Virus record (IMG/VR): IMGVR_UViG_2522572099_000001
Coordinates: 8,283 to 72,282 of that record
Reading direction: 5' to 3' (one strand)
DNA from: a virus
Taxonomy: Duplodnaviria; Caudoviricetes
Length of the DNA stretch: 64,000 nt
The notes beneath the pieces are model-generated. The model ran no database searches, was not told the origin of the DNA, and saw only the letters and a list, made by a program, of their open reading frames with translations. Below are positions 46,375-55,881 of the stretch, in pieces (position 1 is the stretch's first letter; every line of letters begins with the position of its first letter). Both the position numbers and the translations under genes were made by a program.

Positions 46375-47420
46375 CAACCCGTCGCCCCACGCCGCGCCAG
46401 CGGCTCAATGAACTGTTCGATCGTTTCGGCAACGAAATCCGCGACGCCTTCCACTCCTCCATCCAGGAAATCCGCGACACGGCGCGCATAGGAGCCATCG
46501 CCGACGCGCTCGAGGCCGGCAACGTCGAGCGGGCGATTGAACTGATCGGGCTCGATCCTGCCGCCTTTCGTAGTTTGCAGCGCGCACTGCGCACCACCTT
46601 CGAGGAAACCGGTGTCGTCGTGGTACGGGATATTCCGGCACTCCGCGACAGCCAGGGCGTCCAGATCCTGCTGCGCTTCGATCCGGGCAACCCGGCGGCG
46701 GCGCGCTGGGTCGAGAACCGCGGCGCCAATCTCGTCACCGCCATCCTTGACGATCAGCGCACCGCCCTTCGTCAGGCGCTGTCGGATGGCCTGGCCGCCG
46801 GGCGCGGCCCGCGTTCGGTGGCGCTCGATATCGTCGGCCGCATTAACCGGGCGACGGGCAAACGCGAAGGCGGCATTGTCGGGCTGACGTCAGGCCAATA
46901 CCAGACCGTCGGCAATGCCCGCGCGCAGCTCGTGTCGGGCGATCCTGCCGAGTTGCGCGCCTATCTCGGCCGCCAGGCGCGGGACAAGCGCTTCGACCGC
47001 GCCGTCATCCAGGCGATCAGCGACAAGACGCCGGTGCCGGCCGACACGGTCGACCGCGCCATCAACCAGTATGCCAACCGCATGCTCGAACTGCGCGGTG
47101 AGATGATCGGACGCACCGAAGCCACCCAGGCCGTGGGTGCTGCGCAGCGCGAGGCTTTCAGCCAGGTGATCGAGACCGCGAAGCTTGATCGCGACGTCAT
47201 CACCCAAGTCTGGCAGGCCACGCATGACAGCCGCACCCGCGAGGCGCATATCGAGATGGATGGCCAGGAGACCGGCTTCGACGAGCCCTTCACCTCGCCC
47301 AGCGGCGCGCTCTTGATGTTTCCAGGCGACATGTCGCTCGGCGCCGGACCCGAGGACACGATCGGCTGCCGTTGCGTGGTGATCACAAGGCTGGGCGGTC
47401 GGGAGGCTGCGGCGGCTTAG
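46371..47420 (+). CDS. Minor head morphogenesis protein (Mu gpF/SPP1 gp7-like)
   Basis: IGRTE...W....D.RTR..H..MDG...F......L.FPGD...I.CRC. Confidence 0.85.
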   Translation: MTTRRPTPRQRLNELFDRFGNEIRDAFHSSIQEIRDTARIGAIADALEAGNVERAIELIGLDPAAFRSLQRALRTTFEETGVVVVRDIPALRDSQGVQILLRFDPGNPAAARWVENRGANLVTAILDDQRTALRQALSDGLAAGRGPRSVALDIVGRINRATGKREGGIVGLTSGQYQTVGNARAQLVSGDPAELRAYLGRQARDKRFDRAVIQAISDKTPVPADTVDRAINQYANRMLELRGEMIGRTEATQAVGAAQREAFSQVIETAKLDRDVITQVWQATHDSRTREAHIEMDGQETGFDEPFTSPSGALLMFPGDMSLGAGPEDTIGCRCVVITRLGGREAAAA

Positions 47421-47562
47421 CCTCGCTCGCCTGGAGCAGTCCGGCGAGGAACATCAACAGGGCGGCACGCGCGGCTTTCAGCGCCGTGTCGGCGCGCCTG
47501 GTGGTGCCGCTCGAGCCTTCGAGCTCGAACGCCATGCGGTGCAGCATGTCGGCGGTCTCTTC

Positions 47563-47592
47563 GTCGGATAGTTTTGGGTCGGATAGTTTTGG
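47563..47592. repeat. 15-bp tandem duplication GTCGGATAGTTTTGG x2
   Basis: Directly visible; may lie in a small minus-strand ORF 47383-47604 (PKLSD x2). Confidence 0.8.
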
Positions 47593-47617
47593 TCGATCGC
47601 TCACGGAGGCGGACAAT

Positions 47618-47998
47618 ATGGCATCGCTGCTCGAAGGTCCACTGGCGCGCACCGTCGCCCGGGCATTCCGGGGAAAACTCACCGACGGCACATTGCGCCG
47701 CGAGAGCGCAACCGCGCTCGACGATTTCGGGGATCCGCAGTCGCCGACGGCGGCGACATTCACCTTCAACGGCATTCGGGAGAGTTTCGACGCGGCGTTC
47801 CGTGAGCGGGCAGGCATTCCCCAGACCGACGTCGGGGTGCTGGTGCTGCTCGAGTCCGTCGAGCCGCGAACCGTGCCCAGGCAGGGCGACCAGGTCTACA
47901 TCAAAGGCCAATGGCACATGGTCAGGGAAATACTCGACCAGGATCCGGCTGGCGCCACCATGCGGCTGCAATGTTTTGCCGTCAGCGCTCCGGCCTGA
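47618..47998 (+). CDS. Head closure / head-tail connector
   Basis: GGAGG RBS; P.QGD.V......V..I..DPAGA. Confidence 0.75.
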   Translation: MASLLEGPLARTVARAFRGKLTDGTLRRESATALDDFGDPQSPTAATFTFNGIRESFDAAFRERAGIPQTDVGVLVLLESVEPRTVPRQGDQVYIKGQWHMVREILDQDPAGATMRLQCFAVSAPA

Positions 47999-48004
47999 CC
48001 GGCA

Positions 48005-48145
48005 TCAGGGAGCGGCAAAATACAACAGACCGAAGGCGACGGCGGTAGCCGAAACGGCAACCAGCATGCGCGTGATCAAGGCGTTGCGCCGGTCGGTGAC
48101 CAGGAAAGCATTCAAGGCTTCGAAGGGGGTCTTGTCGGGTTTCAT
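48005..48145 (-). CDS. 46-aa single-TM protein (not in ORF track)
   Basis: AAGGAG RBS; MKPDKTPFEALNAFLVTDRRNALITRMLVAVSATAVAFGLLYFAAP; own operator-promoter. Confidence 0.7.
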   Translation of the reverse strand: MKPDKTPFEALNAFLVTDRRNALITRMLVAVSATAVAFGLLYFAAP

Positions 48146-48176
48146 CGGAATCTCCTTTTTGGGTGTAACCGCAAGA

Positions 48177-48205
48177 AACATGGGTTGTAACCAATCTGGT
48201 TACAA
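48177..48205 (-). promoter_or_regulatory. Promoter TTGTAA-N17-CATGTT with perfect operator (48187-48203)
   Basis: Repeated architecture. Confidence 0.7.
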
Positions 48206-48220
48206 GTGGAGCGATGAAAA

Positions 48221-48625
48221 ATGTCGGTGGATTGGAAAGGCGATGCCGTCATTGCCAAGGTGCGCGCCGCTGCGATGAAGGGCGTCATTCGCGGAACGCT
48301 CGCCGTGCATGAGGAGGCTACCAAGCTGATCCTCGACACGCCGAAGACCGGGCGCGTCTACCGTCGTCGCGGCGTCGAGCATCAGGCCTCGGCGCCGGGC
48401 GAGCCCTTCGCCAGCGATACCGGCGCCACGATCCAATCAGGCCGCACCGAGTTCAACCCGGCCGACCTCAGCGGCACGGTGCGCTGGTCGACCAAGCAGG
48501 CGGCTTCGCTCGAGTTCGGCAATGAGAACATGGCGCCTCGCCCCTATGCCAGGCCAGCGCTCGCCAATCAAAAGGACGCGATCGAGGCCGATATTCAGGG
48601 CCAAGTCCGGAACGCACTGAAATGA
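48221..48625 (+). CDS. HK97 gp10-like tail completion protein
   Basis: ASAPGEP.A.DTG...LEFG...M.PRP..RPAL. Confidence 0.85.
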   Translation: MSVDWKGDAVIAKVRAAAMKGVIRGTLAVHEEATKLILDTPKTGRVYRRRGVEHQASAPGEPFASDTGATIQSGRTEFNPADLSGTVRWSTKQAASLEFGNENMAPRPYARPALANQKDAIEADIQGQVRNALK

Positions 48626-49068
48626 TCGCGCCAACGCTCGAAATCCTGGCGCCGATCCGCACCGCCATCGTCAACGCCTCCGACATCGTCGGGCTGCTCG
48701 GGCTGTTCAAAAGCGACCCCTCGGTCCACACGCGGCGCCCGATCCCGGCCGAGGCGAAGTATCCGGCTGTGGTTGTCGGCCCGCTGGTGACGCGCCGCAA
48801 CAGCGACGGCATCAATGATTTTCGCCCCATGCCGATGGTCGACATCGACATCTATGGCGAGCAGGACAAGCAGTATCGCGACGTCGAGATGGCGGCCGAG
48901 ATGATCTATTCGCTGTTCCACCGCCAGCGCCGCGCCATCACCGTCACCAACTACAGCGTCACGCAGATCCTGGCCGAGGGCCCGTTCCCAGCCCCGGTCG
49001 ACGATGCCAGCCGCATTGGCCGGCGCGTCTCGCTGGCGATCAGCCTCTACGCCAAGCCGGCTGAATAG
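48622..49068 (+). CDS. Tail terminator (DUF3168-like)
   Basis: YP.VVVG...IDIYG; precedes tail tube. Confidence 0.75.
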   Translation: MIAPTLEILAPIRTAIVNASDIVGLLGLFKSDPSVHTRRPIPAEAKYPAVVVGPLVTRRNSDGINDFRPMPMVDIDIYGEQDKQYRDVEMAAEMIYSLFHRQRRAITVTNYSVTQILAEGPFPAPVDDASRIGRRVSLAISLYAKPAE

Positions 49069-49088
49069 CAGGCATCACATCCCATCTA

Positions 49089-49177
49089 GCGGGCGGTGCC
49101 CGCAACCATCATCCGCAGCGTCGGTGACCCTGCTGATTTCACCCTCATGAAACCAGCCAATTCAAAGGAGACCCCTC
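49089..49177 (+). promoter_or_regulatory. Conserved structured leader (copy 2) of major tail tube gene
   Basis: Homologous to 39376-39464. Confidence 0.7.
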
Positions 49178-49678
49178 ATGGCCGGAACCGACCTATATCC
49201 CGTCGCTGGAAGCAAGATCTACATCGGTGAAGTGCTGGCAACGCAGATCGACGATTTCGTCGAGGCCGACTTCATCACCAGTCCCGACCAGTTCGTCGAG
49301 ATCGACGGCTGGAGCCAGATGGGCGTGTTCGGCGATACCGCCGCGCTGATCTCGACGCAGCTCATCAACCGCGGTCGCGACGTCAAGCAGAAGGGCACGG
49401 CCAATGCCGGCTCGATGCAGAACGTGTTCGCCGAGATTGCCGCCGATGCGGGGCAGATCGCGCTGATTGCCGCCTCTGCCGGTGCCAACAAGTCGAACTA
49501 TGCCTTCAAGATCGAGTTCAACGATGCCAGCGGCGCCAGCGGCAGCGTTCCCTCCAAGGCCTATTTCGCTGGCCTCGTCATGAATGCCAGCCCCGCCGGC
49601 GGCCAGGCCAACACCGTGCGCAATCTCAACAGCACGATCGAAATTAACTCGAACGTCGTTCGGACGGCGGCCACCTGA
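49178..49678 (+). CDS. Major tail tube protein
   Basis: GSKIYIG...KQKGT.NAGS...DAGQ...AFKI.FND...YF.GLV. Confidence 0.85.
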   Translation: MAGTDLYPVAGSKIYIGEVLATQIDDFVEADFITSPDQFVEIDGWSQMGVFGDTAALISTQLINRGRDVKQKGTANAGSMQNVFAEIAADAGQIALIAASAGANKSNYAFKIEFNDASGASGSVPSKAYFAGLVMNASPAGGQANTVRNLNSTIEINSNVVRTAAT

Positions 49679-49718
49679 TTTCCAGCGTTTCACAGCAACA
49701 GCCCAGGAGTAGTCTCTG

Positions 49719-50180
49719 ATGGATTTGAGTAATTTCAAGCGTGACAGCAAGACGGTCGAAGGCGGCAAATGGGTCGACGACATTCCTGGGCTGGGCGATC
49801 TCCGGCTCCGGGTGCGCGGCCTGTCGTCTCCGACCGTCGTTGCGCTGCGTGCGCGCAAACTGCGCAACGTCTCGAAGGGCGACCGCGAACGCGATGGCTC
49901 GATCAAGACCGACGTCGACATGCGTATCTGGGGCGAAGTGCTGCACGAAGCCGTGCTGCTCGAATGGGACTGCCTGACCGACGGCGGCAAGGTCATCCCG
50001 TTCGACTCCGCGCAGGCCAGGCTATGGCTCACCGATCCCGACTACCTGCCCTTCAACGATGCCGTGGTGTGGGCAGCCAACTTTGTCGACCGCGCCACGG
50101 CGGCAGACCAGGGCGGGCTGGAAAAAAACTCCAGGCCGCCGTCCTCTGGCAGCTCGAGCACGGCGACCAAGAGGACATAA
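49719..50180 (+). CDS. Tail assembly chaperone G
   Basis: EGG.WV...LRVRG...LL.W; between tube and TMP. Confidence 0.85.
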   Translation: MDLSNFKRDSKTVEGGKWVDDIPGLGDLRLRVRGLSSPTVVALRARKLRNVSKGDRERDGSIKTDVDMRIWGEVLHEAVLLEWDCLTDGGKVIPFDSAQARLWLTDPDYLPFNDAVVWAANFVDRATAADQGGLEKNSRPPSSGSSSTATKRT

Positions 50181-50581
50181 TCGACCGCCCGGACCTGCTT
50201 CCGGGCGGCAATGAGTTTCTGGACGCGTTCTGGGAATTGGGCAGCGAACGCCACTTCGCGACAAGCAGCGCGATTTTCATGCGCGATGGCAAGATGTATA
50301 CGCGCCGCGACATGACGGTCGGCCAGATCCCAACGTCAGCGATCGACCGATGGGTCGACAGGCACGGCTACGACGACGAGGACGAGACGGCATCGTTCCG
50401 TGGCGCCATCCGCGCCATGGATCGGGTCTATCGCCAATGGGTAAACCGGGAGCCTGGGGAGACCGGCACGCCAGGCGCTCCGGCTCCCAACGTTTCGAGT
50501 CGGCCGCTGTCGCCGGCGCTGTTCGACGCCATCGTCACCCCGAACATGAAGCAGGAACGGGCTGCGAAAGGGACGGCTTAG
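50123..50581 (+). CDS. Tail assembly chaperone T segment reached by -1 frameshift
   Basis: Slippery A AAA AAC at 50123-50129; -1 frame continues LQAAVLWQL...AFWEL.SER...IP...I..W. Confidence 0.8.
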   Translation, partial: KKLQAAVLWQLEHGDQEDIIDRPDLLPGGNEFLDAFWELGSERHFATSSAIFMRDGKMYTRRDMTVGQIPTSAIDRWVDRHGYDDEDETASFRGAIRAMDRVYRQWVNREPGETGTPGAPAPNVSSRPLSPALFDAIVTPNMKQERAAKGTA

Positions 50582-50907
50582 TCGCCGTCCCTCTCCAGCA
50601 ACAGCCTGATCTTGTCGAACGCCTTGTTGCCGGCCCCCATGCATGCGCCGTTGAGGCAGAGCTGCACCAGCTTCATCTGCCCGTCGAACGTGCAGTCAGA
50701 CCAGTATTCGGCGCCATTGCCAGGATCGTAGGACACCCGCGCTTCGGGCGGGCTCATCTGCGAAAAATCCTGCACGGCGATCGGCACCAGGCTGTTCTTG
50801 AGATAGGCGAACGCCGAGGCGTGCAGGCATATCTCGGACGCTTTTCCGGTGCCGGCCGTGGCCTGGCCGGCGAACAGCATCATCACAAAAACCAGAAATC
50901 CCCGCAT
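50578..50907 (-). CDS. Secreted/periplasmic protein, antisense moron
   Basis: Signal peptide MRGFLVFVMMLFAGQATA; 4 Cys; GGAG RBS. Confidence 0.7.
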   Translation of the reverse strand: MRGFLVFVMMLFAGQATAGTGKASEICLHASAFAYLKNSLVPIAVQDFSQMSPPEARVSYDPGNGAEYWSDCTFDGQMKLVQLCLNGACMGAGNKAFDKIRLLLERDGD

Positions 50908-50966
50908 CGTCGCTCCCCCATTTTGGGCGGGGACGATAGCGCACGCTCCCTTGCGAGGCAAATTCC

Positions 50967-53900
50967 ATGGACATTTCCGGTCTTGTCGGCAGTGTCGCGG
51001 TGGAAGTCCGTGCCGATTTGCGGCCTCTGGAAAAGGGCTTTGACGAAGGCAGGGGAAAGGCGACGCTGTTCGATCGCCAGGTCTCCGGCAGCTTCCGCAA
51101 CATGGGCCAGGAGGCCACCAACGCTGGCCGCGTCATCGAAGGCTCGTCCATGCGCGCCATGGCGTCGACCGATGCGCTTGGCCGCTCGATCACCACTGCC
51201 GGCTCGGCATATCGCGGCCTGATCGCCATTGCCGGTGCTGCCGGTCTTGCGCTCGGCACGGCCTTCGCCTTCGCGCAATTTGTCCGCAACACCGTCGATT
51301 CCGAGAAGGCGCAGACGCAGTTGGGCGCCGCACTTCGCTCGACCGGCAATGTCGCCGGACAGTCTGTCGAGGGGCTCAACGCGCACGCCGCGGCGTTGCA
51401 GAGGATCACGGCCTACGAAGACGACGCCGTCACCTCGTCGCAGGCGCTGCTGTTGACCTTCACCAAGATCCGCGGCGACACCTTCAACCAGGCGACCGAT
51501 GCGATCCTCGACATGGCGACCGCCATGAAGCAGGACCTCCAGGGCGCCACGATCATGGTCGGCAAGGCGCTCAACGATCCGGTCCTGGGCGTCACCGCGC
51601 TCGGCCGCGCCGGCGTCCAGTTCACGGCCTCGCAGAAAGAGGTCATCAAGACCATGGTCGAGACCGGCAACGTGGCCGGTGCGCAAAAGCTCATCCTCAA
51701 GGAACTGGAAAACCAGTTCGGCGGTTCGGCCAAGGCCGCGCGCGAGACGCTGGGCGGCGCGCTCGATGCGCTCGGCAACGCCTGGGGCAATCTGTTCGAA
51801 CTCGGCAAGGGCTCGACCGATCCGTTCCGCATGTCGATCGAGGAACTCATCGTCACCATCAACAACCCGGCCTTCCAGCAGTTCGTGCAGCTGGTCGGCA
51901 CGAAACTGTTCGAGGCGCTGACGGCTGCCGTCAACATCGCGACCATCCTTGCCAACCATCTCGACTCGCTCGGCACGGCGGTCGAACTGCTCATCGGCTA
52001 CAAGCTCGCCGCCTGGGCCGTGGCCGGCGCCGAGGCGCTATATGGCCTGTCGGTGGCCACCGTTGCCGCCGAAGGGTCGATGGGGCTCCTGGCGATCGCA
52101 TCGGGCACAGCTGGCGCGATCGTCGGCGCCATCAGCTGGCCAGTGGTCGCAATCGCGGCGGTCGGTTTCGGCGTCTACAAGCTCTACCAGAGTTACAAGT
52201 CCGCCGCCGAGACGGCAGCGCTCTACGCCGAGCAGCAGAAGATCGTCAACGAGGCCATGGGCCAGTCGATCGATCCGACGGCCAAGGCGACCTCAGCGGC
52301 GCTGGCAAAGGCGCAGGCCGATTTCGCGGCCGCCGACGCGATGCTGCAGCGCGCTGAGGCCGAACTCGAATATCGCAAGGTTTTGCAGGAGAGCGTGCCA
52401 TCGCTGCCTGGCGCGCCGGATCCGCTCGCCGGTGCCACGTCCCGGCTGGCCGAGGCGCGCAAGAATTTCGACAGCCTTGGCCGCACTTTGCAGGCGCTCA
52501 ACATCCAGGGCGCCGCTGAAATGAAGGCGGCTGGCACCGCCGGCAGTGCCGCGATCTCGTCGGCGACCTCGCTGTTCAATCTTGCCAAGGCGGCTTTTGG
52601 CGATGTTGCTGATGGCACGCCCAAGATCGGCCAGGCAGCCGGTGGCATGATCGGCGACGTCAAGGGTGCCGCGGTCGCGGCGCTGTCGGCGGCGGAAACG
52701 GCGCGGCGGGCGAACGAGGCCAACCTTGAAAGCCTGCTTGGCTACAAGGCCGAACTGCGCAGCACCACGACCGAGCTCGAGGCTTGGAAGCGGGCGATCA
52801 GCGGCGCCACCTCGTCCGGCTCGATCACCGATTTCTTCGGCGATGTCTCCGACATCAAGGGCGCGGATGCGGCGATCCGCTCGGCCGGCGGCACGATCGA
52901 AAAGCTGTTCGATGCGTTTCGCTCCGGCGACAAGTCGACGCGAGCCGTTGCCGACGGCATCGACGAGGTGCGCAAGACCCTGCTCCAGGGCGGCCTTGGC
53001 GTCGATGCGGTCAACCATTTCATCGACGCTCTTGTGATGGCGGAGCAGCAGGTCGCCAATCTCGGCGCGCGCTCGAAGGACCTCGACGCCACCATCCAGG
53101 CAATGCGTGACAAGACCATCCTGATTACCACGGTTTACCAGACGTCGGGCGGGCCGATCAGCGTCCAGCGGCCCTACAGCGGACCGGGCGGCCTTTCGAC
53201 CAACCCGGTGGCAAAGATCGGCGGCATGGACCCGTCTCCGTTTAGCGGAACCGGCTCGTCCAGCGGCAGCGCTATCCCCACCGCCAATCTCATCCATGTT
53301 GCCGATTATATCTCCGGCACCCGCGCGGCTGGCGGTCCTGTCGATGCCGGGTCCAGCTATCTCGTCGGCGAAAAAGGCCCCGAGATCGTCACCATGTCTG
53401 GCGCCGGCAATGTCTCGACGGCTTCGGCGACGTCGAACATCCTGACCGGCGGCGCCTCGGTTCTGAAATCGATCGAGGAAAACACGTTTCAGACGGTCGA
53501 GGAGGTCAAGCGCTCGGTCGGCTATCTCGAGACGATGGAGAAGGATGGCCAGACTGGTCTTTCGCTGCTGCGCGCCATCAAGTCGGTGATCGGTTCGTCG
53601 TCGATCAACACCGCGTCGAGCGGTGGCGGGTCATCTTCCGGCTTCTCCTCTGGCGGTGGTTCGTCCGGTAGCGGTTCGACCGCCTACAGTTCCAACGATC
53701 CGAAATCGCCTTACTACTTCCGCAACAATGCCGGTCGTGGTCCGAGCGGGCCGGTCTTTGACCCACTGGCCGACTATCTGCTCAATGGCAACAAGGCCAT
53801 GCTCGGCGCGGTTGGGCAGCGCTTGGCCGGCTCGCCCAGCAACGTCGATATCGGCTACGATCTCATCGGTGGCGGCGGCAGCCAGACATGGCGACAGGAT

Positions 53901-54329
53901 TTTCTTGCGCAACTCGCCAGGTCCGGGCCGCAGACCGGGTCTTATGGCGGCGGCACCAACATTTCCGCCGACAGCGATTTCATTAGCGGCGCCAACAGTT
54001 TCAGCGGCGGCTTCACCGGACCTGGACCAAATACCAGGATGAGGCCGGGCTTCGCCACCGGTGGCGGGATCCATCCCGGCGATACCCAGAAGGTGGAAGC
54101 ATGGAAGCGGCCCGACGAGGCGGTCGGCTTCTTCCGTCCCGAGCAGATGAAAGCCGTGCGCGACGCAATCGACGGCGCGCCGGACGGCGGCGGCGTCTCC
54201 AAAACCCTGCACCTGGGCGGCATTCACCTCCACTTCCCGGCCGGCAGCCAGCCCCTGTCCAAGCCGTCGCAGATGGAAATCTCCGATCGCCTGCGCCGCG
54301 CCGTGCGCGAAGAACTCGGGAAGCTCTAA
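50967..54329 (+). CDS. Tape measure protein
   Basis: 1120 aa Ala-rich; GKALNDP..G..AL.R.GV; RAAGGPV...YLVGEKGPE. Confidence 0.92.
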   Translation: MDISGLVGSVAVEVRADLRPLEKGFDEGRGKATLFDRQVSGSFRNMGQEATNAGRVIEGSSMRAMASTDALGRSITTAGSAYRGLIAIAGAAGLALGTAFAFAQFVRNTVDSEKAQTQLGAALRSTGNVAGQSVEGLNAHAAALQRITAYEDDAVTSSQALLLTFTKIRGDTFNQATDAILDMATAMKQDLQGATIMVGKALNDPVLGVTALGRAGVQFTASQKEVIKTMVETGNVAGAQKLILKELENQFGGSAKAARETLGGALDALGNAWGNLFELGKGSTDPFRMSIEELIVTINNPAFQQFVQLVGTKLFEALTAAVNIATILANHLDSLGTAVELLIGYKLAAWAVAGAEALYGLSVATVAAEGSMGLLAIASGTAGAIVGAISWPVVAIAAVGFGVYKLYQSYKSAAETAALYAEQQKIVNEAMGQSIDPTAKATSAALAKAQADFAAADAMLQRAEAELEYRKVLQESVPSLPGAPDPLAGATSRLAEARKNFDSLGRTLQALNIQGAAEMKAAGTAGSAAISSATSLFNLAKAAFGDVADGTPKIGQAAGGMIGDVKGAAVAALSAAETARRANEANLESLLGYKAELRSTTTELEAWKRAISGATSSGSITDFFGDVSDIKGADAAIRSAGGTIEKLFDAFRSGDKSTRAVADGIDEVRKTLLQGGLGVDAVNHFIDALVMAEQQVANLGARSKDLDATIQAMRDKTILITTVYQTSGGPISVQRPYSGPGGLSTNPVAKIGGMDPSPFSGTGSSSGSAIPTANLIHVADYISGTRAAGGPVDAGSSYLVGEKGPEIVTMSGAGNVSTASATSNILTGGASVLKSIEENTFQTVEEVKRSVGYLETMEKDGQTGLSLLRAIKSVIGSSSINTASSGGGSSSGFSSGGGSSGSGSTAYSSNDPKSPYYFRNNAGRGPSGPVFDPLADYLLNGNKAMLGAVGQRLAGSPSNVDIGYDLIGGGGSQTWRQDFLAQLARSGPQTGSYGGGTNISADSDFISGANSFSGGFTGPGPNTRMRPGFATGGGIHPGDTQKVEAWKRPDEAVGFFRPEQMKAVRDAIDGAPDGGGVSKTLHLGGIHLHFPAGSQPLSKPSQMEISDRLRRAVREELGKL

Positions 54330-54931
54330 TGGTCGATCTCATCGTCCTCGACGAAAACGTCGCGCGCGGTTTCCGCTCGACGGCCGGCGGCTGGAACACG
54401 TCCATCGTCGATGGCGGTGGCGGCGCCGAGTATCGCAACCAGCGATGGGCGCTGCCGCGCCGCCGCTTCGAGTTTTCCTATACCGATCGGGAGCAGTCCG
54501 AAATCCTCGCCCTCATGGCCTTCGTCGACGATCGCCGCGGCAGGCTGCATGCCTGGCTCTTGAAAGACTGGCTCAACTACAAGCTCACCGACGAACTCAT
54601 CCTCACCGCGGTCGGCGGCGAAACCACGGCCCAGATCAAGCAGACATGGGGGCCGAACAACGCCCTGTCTCTCAGCCGCAAATACCTGAAGTCCGGTACC
54701 CTTGTCGTGAAGCTGAACGATGTCGCGCTGACGCTCACCAGCGAATATACGGTCAGCTCTGCCGGCCTGATCACCTTCGTTTCGCCGGCCGCCCTGAGCG
54801 CCGCCGATGCCGTCACGGTGAGCTGCGAATTCTATTACAAGGTCCGGTTCGAGGCCGACGAATACAATCCCTCGCTCGGCAATGGCGATCTTGCCAGCTT
54901 CGACAACGTCTCCGCGATCGAGACCCGCTGA
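54329..54931 (+). CDS. Distal tail protein (DUF2460, GTA-like)
   Basis: W.T.IV...G.EYRN.RW..PRR....RRGRL..W..KDW...EF..KVRF. Confidence 0.85.
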   Translation: MVDLIVLDENVARGFRSTAGGWNTSIVDGGGGAEYRNQRWALPRRRFEFSYTDREQSEILALMAFVDDRRGRLHAWLLKDWLNYKLTDELILTAVGGETTAQIKQTWGPNNALSLSRKYLKSGTLVVKLNDVALTLTSEYTVSSAGLITFVSPAALSAADAVTVSCEFYYKVRFEADEYNPSLGNGDLASFDNVSAIETR

Positions 54932-55881
54932 TGCGCGCCTTCTCGACCGACTTCAAGGCCGGCACGGCAGGCGACGAGACGTATCTGGGCTTCCTGCTCG
55001 CCGTTACCCCTGTTGGCCTTCCTGAGCTCTTCCTGTCGACGATCTGGGCCGACTACACCTATGCCGGCGACGTCTATCTCGGCGATCCCGGTTTCAAGAT
55101 GAGCCAGATGCGGGTGACTGATGGGTCCGACCCGGCAGCACTTTCCGTCGAGATCCCGGTTTCCCCAGATGGTCCGGTAACGCCAGACGACGTCACCAAG
55201 GGGCTCTATGTCGGGGCGGCCGTCGTGCTGCGCGGCGTGACTTTTGAAAGCGGCTTCGTCACGCCGCCTTTCGGTTTCGAATGGTCGATCGGCAAGACCA
55301 CGATCACCGATGACGGCAAGGCGACCTTCGACATCCGGTCCGACATTCGCATCAACCGCGAGCTAGTGTTGAAGATTTTTGGCGTCCCGTGTTCCACGAA
55401 GCTTGGCACCGCGCGCTGCGGCGTCAACGTGCTTGCCGACTGGACCGACGAGGTGACGATCGTCGACGTCATCGATGCCTATTCCTTCACCGTCTCCGGC
55501 GCGCGTCTCGGCGCCGTCGATGGCTTCTTCGCCGAGGGCGCCATCAAGTTCACGTCGGGCGACAATGTCGGCCGCTCCTACGAGGTTCGCTTGTGGGATC
55601 AGTCTTCGGCCCTGGTCACGCTGTGGAGGCCATTGCAGGCCGGGCTGCAAGCCGGAGACGTTTCACTGATCCATGCCGGCTGCGACCTGACCAACGGTCC
55701 GGGGGGATGCACAAAATTCTCCAACAACGACCGCTATCAGGGGTTCCTCAACATGCCTGGCGACGACGCCAAATTCTCCTATGACGGCGGTGAGGTCGCG
55801 GCCGTCGTGACCAATCCCGAGGTGCCGCGCTTCTCCACCGGATGGGGTAGTGCCGGCGGCGGCGGCGGTGGTTTCCGATGA
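54931..55881 (+). CDS. Baseplate hub (DUF2163/BR0599-like)
   Basis: C...LG..RCGV...F..G...F.SG.N.G...AGCD....C.KF.N...QGF..MPG. Confidence 0.85.
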   Translation: MRAFSTDFKAGTAGDETYLGFLLAVTPVGLPELFLSTIWADYTYAGDVYLGDPGFKMSQMRVTDGSDPAALSVEIPVSPDGPVTPDDVTKGLYVGAAVVLRGVTFESGFVTPPFGFEWSIGKTTITDDGKATFDIRSDIRINRELVLKIFGVPCSTKLGTARCGVNVLADWTDEVTIVDVIDAYSFTVSGARLGAVDGFFAEGAIKFTSGDNVGRSYEVRLWDQSSALVTLWRPLQAGLQAGDVSLIHAGCDLTNGPGGCTKFSNNDRYQGFLNMPGDDAKFSYDGGEVAAVVTNPEVPRFSTGWGSAGGGGGGFR

